A program made the position numbers and the translations under genes. A stretch of DNA of 64,000 bases. Origin: Eledone cirrhosa. Its lineage: Eukaryota. Below the pieces are notes generated by a model. That model worked only from the letters and a program-made list of their open reading frames with translations. It had not been told where the DNA came from and searched no databases. Numbering within the stretch: the stretch's first letter is position 1; every line of letters starts with the position of its first letter. The stretch spans positions 13,823 through 77,822 of the forward strand of contig CAXHJY010001371.1 of NCBI GenBank assembly GCA_964016885.1, in the 5' to 3' direction. This document shows positions 56,667-64,000 of this stretch, one piece after another.

Positions 56667-56870
56667 TTGAATTAGTATGGTATAGACAAGTACATATGTT
56701 GTTTAGGTGTATGATATTGTCAATACTCTGATATGCCCAGTTCCTTGTTGGGTTGTTAATTCACTGGGGAACGTGAATTAACAACCCAACAAGGAACTGG
56801 GCATATCAGAGTATTGACAATATCATACACCTAAACAACATATGTACTTGTCTATACCATACTAATTCAA

Positions 56871-56925
56871 ACTGCCTGAAGAGGTCACAGTCAAAGATGG
56901 CTGTCACTGAAATATATATAGCAGT
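56871..56925 (+). ncRNA. Type I hammerhead ribozyme (family G, right arm)
   Basis: Same as the left arm, with one C-to-T change that gives a G-U pair in stem II. Confidence 0.88.
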
Positions 56926-57174
56926 AATAAACGAAGCTAAATTTTAATCATTTGACTTTTATTTAACTTTATTTTACACTACTCCGGAGTAACCAAACCA
57001 ACCTGCGCACTTCGTCGAGTGCTCCAGCCTGCATACTGAGGTGTTGGTATACAACCAACATAAACTCAAAATCTATATACATATATATATATACATATAC
57101 ATATATATATACATATATACATATACATATATATATATATACATATATACATATACATATATATACATATATAC

Positions 57175-57207
<33 letters not shown>

Positions 57208-57216
57208 CATATATAC

Positions 57217-57259
<43 letters not shown>

Positions 57260-57324
57260 TAAATATATATACATATATATATGTATATATATACATATAT
57301 ACATATATATATATACATATATAC

Positions 57325-57357
<33 letters not shown>

Positions 57358-57574
57358 CATATATACATCTATATATATACATATATACATATATATATAT
57401 ACCTATATACATATACATATATATATATACATATATATATACATATATATATATACATATATATATATACATATATATATACATATATATATATATACAT
57501 ATATATATACATATATATATATATACATATACATATATATATATATACATATATATATATACATATATATATAC

Positions 57575-57606
<32 letters not shown>

Positions 57607-58608
57607 TTGTCCTGGGTATGACATTAAACTACATCCAGTGGCAAGGCTCCAGTTCGGGAGTTCAGGAGATGTGGGGAATGTGGAGTTACCCCTTAGTTGT
57701 CATGACTCCCAGGTCTGCCCTGGCCCGGGGTGGTAGTACCTGTTAGGGCTCCATTTATGGGTTAAATAACTACCTTATTCGAGTGGCGCCGGTAAGTTAT
57801 TGTCAGCCATTGAAAAGAAATATGGAGAGTCGATCTAACAGCACTAGGGTTAGAGCCCCTAATTACACTGTCAAGGAGCAGCCTGGTCGTTATGACTCTG
57901 CTGGCTTAGAGCCACAGAGAGGGCCAGTGGATGATGGATCAGCTGTCTCTGAGACAAATATAAAGAATGCAGTTTTGTCCTGCAGAAGAGCCATCAAAAT
58001 GGGCACTTTGAATGTGAGGACTATTCGAACGCTGGAGAAGAGAGAGGAGTTGGGACATCTGTTCGAGGAGAGTGGTATACAGATACTTGCGATCCAAGAA
58101 CACAGGATTCTACACGATGAGCCCGTGAGGAGTGTGATGATCGGGAGGAAGAGCCAGCTCATCACTACATCGGCAGTGAAGAACACAACCAATGCTGCAG
58201 TAGGAGGAGTGGGTTTTGTGTTCAGTGCAAAAACCAATCTGTTGGTGAGGGAAATAATGCCTATCTCCCCGCGAGTGTTGAGGGTGACCTTCAATGGAAA
58301 CCCAAGACTGACAGTCATCTGAGCCTATAGTCCAACCGAGGGGGACAGTGATGTGAATGCCGAGGAGTTCCATGAGGAGGTATGTAGAGCTGTCAACACC
58401 ACTCAGGCACACAATATCCTGCTTGTTTTGGGGGACTTCAATGCACATCTGAGTAAGGAGGGCAGTGAAGATCATTGCTGGTACTTCCATAACAACACCA
58501 ACCGAAATGGAAGACTACTGAGAGACACCCTGAGGAGGATATTAGAGGGAGCTAGAGCAAAGTGCCTTCCTGCGGTCATGGTTTTCATTGAAGGCCTTTG
58601 ATTCTGTG
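57607..58608 (+). mobile_element. RTE-type LINE remnant: 5'UTR, APE with an in-frame stop, fused by deletion to a short RT piece
   Basis: MGTLNVRT, LAIQEHR, GGVGF, ISPRVL, *AYSPT, LGDFNAHL, NRNGRLL, then LRRILEGARAK...VFI and KAFDSV. Confidence 0.85.
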
Positions 58609-58720
58609 GTAAGTTTTTAAGTTTTTAGCGGTTGCGCATTTCTAAATGCTTTTCAAAAATAATTTTGAGATAGAGTGTCCGTGTTGTTTGCTCTGATCTG
58701 ATTAGTTTTGGGAATTCTAC

Positions 58721-58966
58721 CTGTTTTTATGTTAAAAAAGTGGGTCCAGCGTTACTTTGGTGTTGCAAAAATTTTTGTGGTCAAAACAATTTTGATTGGT
58801 CGGTAGATGTCATGTGAATGTAAAAAATTGATTTTGCGCCAAGACTGTTTTTATGTTAAAAAAGTGGCTCCAGCGTTATTTGGTGTTTGCAAAAATTCTT
58901 GTGGTCAAAACAATTTTGATTGGTCGGTAGAGGTCATGTGAATAAAAAATTGGTTTTGCGCCAAGA
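58721..58966. repeat. ~124-bp tandem duplication
   Basis: ctgtttttatgttaaaaaagtgg...ttttgcgccaaga occurs twice. Confidence 0.9.
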
Positions 58967-59081
58967 TTGAGAAATGACTCTTTCACAACAAATATGTGTG
59001 TGTGTGTGTGTAGTAGTAGTAAGGTGTTCGATGTTGTGATAATGGTTAGCAGGGATGTGTGTCAAATGGCTATTAAGATAA

Positions 59082-59179
<98 letters not shown>

Positions 59180-59540
59180 CAGAGTAATTCGTGGTAGCAG
59201 GGATGGTCAGTAAGAATGTGTCTGAAAGCAATGGGGGGGTATTTTAGCATGTCAAAAGATATTTTTCAGCTTTTGTCTTATACGGAGAAGTGCGTGTGTG
59301 TGTGTGTGTATAAGTCTCTTTGTATGTTAATGTACGCGTGTGTATGTGTGTGTGTATATATATGTGTGTGTGGGGGGGGGGACCAGTATTTTTTCCCCCT
59401 GGTAAAATGGTGTACATTATTCGATTTTTTCAGTAAAATCGGTTCTCTTAATAGAACATCAAAAATCTTAACAATAAAAGGTGTGAAATGATATTCACTA
59501 CATATATATACACATACATATATTGACTACATATATATAC

Positions 59541-59631
<91 letters not shown>

Positions 59632-59749
59632 TTTTTCTGTGTTGCACAATAGAGCATGTGTGTTTACGTATGTCATTGTGTTTATATGTGGGTGGAGATG
59701 TGTGCTGATGTAGGTATGTATGTTAAAGTGTGTATGTTGTGGGTTCGTC

Positions 59750-61755
59750 TTAGGGAGAAGTGTTTAGACGGGGTCCGTATTTGTTAATGAAGTAAGATTC
59801 CTTGCTGATGCGCTGGGTGTGGGTGGCATTATCTTTAAATTTGTAGAGGGGAAAGATTCTGAAGTTGGGATCATTTTGGGCGGCACAGGTATCAATGTGT
59901 TCACTCAGTGGTATTTTCCTGTATTCCCGTATTTTAATTTGGGATCTATGGACCGTCATGCGTTGGCGGAGGCTGTTTTTGGTCTGGCCTATGTATTGTT
60001 CTCGACAACCTGAGCAAGTTAATACATATATTAGATTTTCCGATGCACATGTGAAATTGTGTTTTACTATAAAACGTTGTCCATCTTTGAAATAGAATTC
60101 CGAACCCTCTATTAGGTTGATGCAAATGCCACAGTTGGGTCTATCGCATATTTTTACTGTGGGTTTTGTTATTGTGGTTGGCAGTACTTTGGCATGTGTT
60201 AGGATGTGTTTCATTGACTTGGATTGTCTTTTGCTCTTTATGATATCGTGTGTTCGTAGAATTTGTTTCATTCTATGGTCCTTTTTCAACACAGGGATGT
60301 TCTGGAGGATGGTGTCAAAGGCCTCATTGTTGAGAGGGTTGTGTGTGGAGATGTATGGAAGAGCTTTTAGTTTCGGTTGATTTACTTTAGGGTGTCTAAG
60401 GTCCTGGGTACTGAGTTTTAGGGCACGTTGGATTCCATTGTCAATTAGTGATGCAGGGTAGTCCCTGCCTATGAGTGTGTCCTTTAGTTCTTGTAGCCGT
60501 AAGTAGCAGATGTTTTTATTGGAGACTATAGTACAGATTCTCTTGGCTAAGTTGTAGGGAATATTAATTTTAACGTGTCTAGGGTGGCAAGAGTTGAAGG
60601 GGAGATATTGCTTGGAGTCTGTGGGCTTGTAGTATATGTCTGTTTCTATTTTTTTGTTATGGATCTTAATGAGGATGTCGGGGAAGGGGAGTTGTTGATG
60701 GCTGTATTCCATCGTGAAATTAATATTCGTGTTGAGCCCATTTATAAGGGTGTGAAATTCTTTAAGTTTTTCGATGTTTTCGTGCCAAAGGATGAAGCAG
60801 TCATCTAGATATCGCTTCCAGTTCCTTTCAATGTGTAAGTGGAGGGTGTTTCCAAATTTGTTTAGGACTTTAGTGTAGATGGTGATTTCCAGGTATCCCA
60901 TGACTAGGTTGGCATAAGTGGGGGCTGTTTTCGTTCCCATAGCGGTCCCAGATTTCTGCCTGTAGGGTTTGTTATTGAAAACGAAGTAATTGTTCTCCAA
61001 GATAAATTTGAGTCCCTCTATCACGAATTCTTTTTTGATGCGTTGTGGGAGTTCATTGTGGAAATTATCCAGCCAGAATTGGATAGCTTCTATTCCTAGG
61101 TTGTGGGGGATGTTGGAGTATAGGTTGACTACATCGAACGTCACTAGTAGGGTTTGTTCAGAAAGTGGCATATTAGGGAGGTGATTGAGCATATCTAGGT
61201 CGTCCCTTATATAGCTTTTGATGTGTTTGAGGAAGGGTTTGAGAAGGGTATCAATGAAGTTGCTAAGGCGGTGGGTTTCGCAAGCGGGGCCTGCTATTAT
61301 AGGTCTTAATTTGAGATCATTGGGTGGGGGGACATTGATGACTATGTTTGTGGCTTCCTTGCATGCCTTACTTATTGATTCGCTTTTATGTACTTTAGGG
61401 ATACCGTAGAAGAGGCTGGATTTTCTTGTGAAGTCTGTGATGAAGCTGAATTCCTTGTTAGTGAGTCCTTCTTTGTATTGGTTGATTAGAGTTTTTAGGT
61501 TTCTCATAATTTTCTGTTGATTGTAGTGTTCAGCCTTTTCGTAGTATGTTTCGTTTTCCAAAGTGGAGAGCGCTAAGTTGATATAGAATTCTGTATCCAT
61601 TAGGACTACTGTACTCCCTTTATCAGCCTCTTTAATTGTAATGGTTCTGTCGGTTTTTAATCTATTTAATTCTTCCCATTCTTTATTGTTGAGGTTTGGC
61701 TTGTGTTTTTGTCTGTGCAAGTGTTGGTAAGGGAAGTTTGTGATGTGACACAGAA
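59750..61755 (-). CDS. PLE RT + GIY-YIG (Neptune-like), 5'-truncated; the track's N-terminus is microsatellite
   Basis: NL...[63 protein letters not shown]-x4-CxxC linker, [20 protein letters not shown]. Confidence 0.92.
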
Positions 61756-61826
61756 TATATATATACATATATATACACATATATATACACATATATATAC
61801 ATATATATACATATATATACATGTAC

Positions 61827-61877
<51 letters not shown>

Positions 61878-62289
61878 CAGTTTAGCGAGGTTTTTTATAT
61901 GAAATCGTGAGTCGAAACAAATATTGTTATACTTGGGGAGGGTCATATTTGTGTAATATTGCCAGAATTAATAACAGAACACACTCACTGTTTGGTTGGT
62001 TTTCGCTTCTCGATGTCTTTTATATCTGCGATCTTACTTACTCGGTCCTCAATGTTGCCATTGACTGACCGACGGTCAAAAATAATACAGATACAATATA
62101 GACACAAACACATATATATAGTTTACATAATTTACATAAATCTTTCGTTGCACATCTGCAACATCGTCAGTGGTGTTAGATCGCAGATATAAAAGACAGC
62201 GAGAAGCGAAAACCAACCAAACAGTGAGTGTGTTCTGTTATTAATTCTGGCAATATTACACAAATATGACCCTCCCCAAGTATAACAAT
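61878..62289. mobile_element. Family C fold-back fragment, copy 3 (tail-bearing arm 61878-62177, tail-less arm 62174-62289)
   Basis: 62174-62289 is the reverse complement of ~61923-62033. HHR-like motif at 62107-62177 on the minus strand. Confidence 0.78.
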
Positions 62290-62457
62290 ATATATATACA
62301 TATATACATATATATATACATATATATATATATATACACATATACATATATATACACATATACATATATATATACACATATACATATATATATATATACA
62401 CATATATACATATATACATATATATATATATACACATATACATATATATATATACAC

Positions 62458-62500
<43 letters not shown>

Positions 62501-62515
62501 TATATACATATATAC

Positions 62516-62546
<31 letters not shown>

Positions 62547-62622
62547 CATATACATACATATATACATATATATTATACATATACATACATACATATATAC
62601 ATATATATACACATATACATAT

Positions 62623-62689
<67 letters not shown>

Positions 62690-62734
62690 TATATACATAC
62701 ATATATACATATATATATACATACATATATATAC

Positions 62735-62851
<117 letters not shown>

Positions 62852-62902
62852 CATATATATATACATATATATATATACATATACATATATATATATATAT
62901 AC

Positions 62903-62935
<33 letters not shown>

Positions 62936-62964
62936 CATATATATATACATATATATATATATAC

Positions 62965-63023
<59 letters not shown>

Positions 63024-63041
63024 TGACATATATATATATAC

Positions 63042-63134
<93 letters not shown>

Positions 63135-63136
<2 letters not shown>

Positions 63137-63258
63137 TGTTATATTTGGGGAGGGTCATATTTGCGTAATATTGCCAGAATTAATAACAGAACACACTCAC
63201 TGTTTGGTTGGTTTTCGCTTCTCGCCTGTCTTTTATATATATATATCTGCGATCTAAC
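63135..63258 (-). mobile_element. Family C solo tail-less fragment
   Basis: Matches 11244-11366 and starts at the same 'attgttatatttgggg'. Confidence 0.75.
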
Positions 63259-63394
<136 letters not shown>

Positions 63395-63451
63395 CATATA
63401 TATATATTTATATATACCTATATATATATATATACATATATATATATAACA

Positions 63452-63524
<73 letters not shown>

Positions 63525-63703
63525 CATATACATATGTATATATACATATATACATATATATATATACATATATACATATATATCACATATATATATATAC
63601 ATATATACATATATATACATATATACATATATATATATTACATATATACATATATGATATACAATATACATATATATATATACATATATACATATATATA
63701 TAC

Positions 63704-63753
<50 letters not shown>

Positions 63754-63811
63754 GTACATATATATATATATATACAAATATACATATATATATATATATA
63801 TACATATATAC

Positions 63812-63852
<41 letters not shown>

Positions 63853-64000
63853 CATATATACATATATATATATACATATATACATATATATATATACATA
63901 TATACATATATATATGCATATATACATATATATATATACATATATATATACATATATATATACATATATACATATATACATATAACCACCCCAAGTCTAT

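Larger units (their letters stand above)
56561..57073. mobile_element. Family G fold-back element: 204-bp inverted arms, 8-nt spacer, tail on the right arm only
   Basis: 56561-56764 is the reverse complement of 56773-56976 (one mismatch seen). Spacer tggggaac, tail 56977-57073. Confidence 0.87.
58609..61755 (-). mobile_element. 5'-truncated Neptune-like PLE; the 3' boundary near 58609 is tentative
   Basis: RT-GIY-YIG ORF, (CA)-rich 3' region and a degenerate HHR at 58623-58659. Confidence 0.7.

Noticed and set aside
58320-58322. In-frame TGA in the RTE APE as possible selenocysteine or readthrough
   Set aside because: The element is deleted and decayed and no SECIS was seen, so a nonsense mutation is the simpler explanation.
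59077-59178. (TG)n tract
   Set aside because: An ordinary microsatellite.

Overview
This is AT-rich, gene-free invertebrate DNA. The SINE, LINE and repeat types suggest a cephalopod such as octopus, but that is inference. Roughly half of the window is compound (TA)n/(TACA) microsatellite, and nearly all 'YIYI' ORFs in the track are artefacts of it. Almost every non-microsatellite island is a retroelement. These include Penelope-like elements (PLEs; RT plus C-terminal GIY-YIG) of three apparent types: Hydra-like with a YRDD RT (one apparently intact ORF at 29249-31798), Neptune-like and Nematis-like. There is also a frameshifted CR1/L2-group LINE, two RTE-type remnants and two tRNA-derived Nin-domain SINEs. 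Reading by eye, I found about 12 distinct type I hammerhead ribozyme (HHR) sequences in about 21 copies. They include versions with a very long stem II, U3-A8 core variants and a 467-bp ORF-less HHR tandem that may be a retrozyme. The strongest pattern is a shared insertion architecture in six PLE-type families. Each insertion is a fold-back with two 3' ends pointing outward into (TA)n. One end carries a 45-135 nt 'tail'. The other stops at a fixed AT-rich point just before the tail, about 50-80 nt downstream of the HHR cleavage site in five of the six families. All folds and clade calls were made by inspection and have not been computed.
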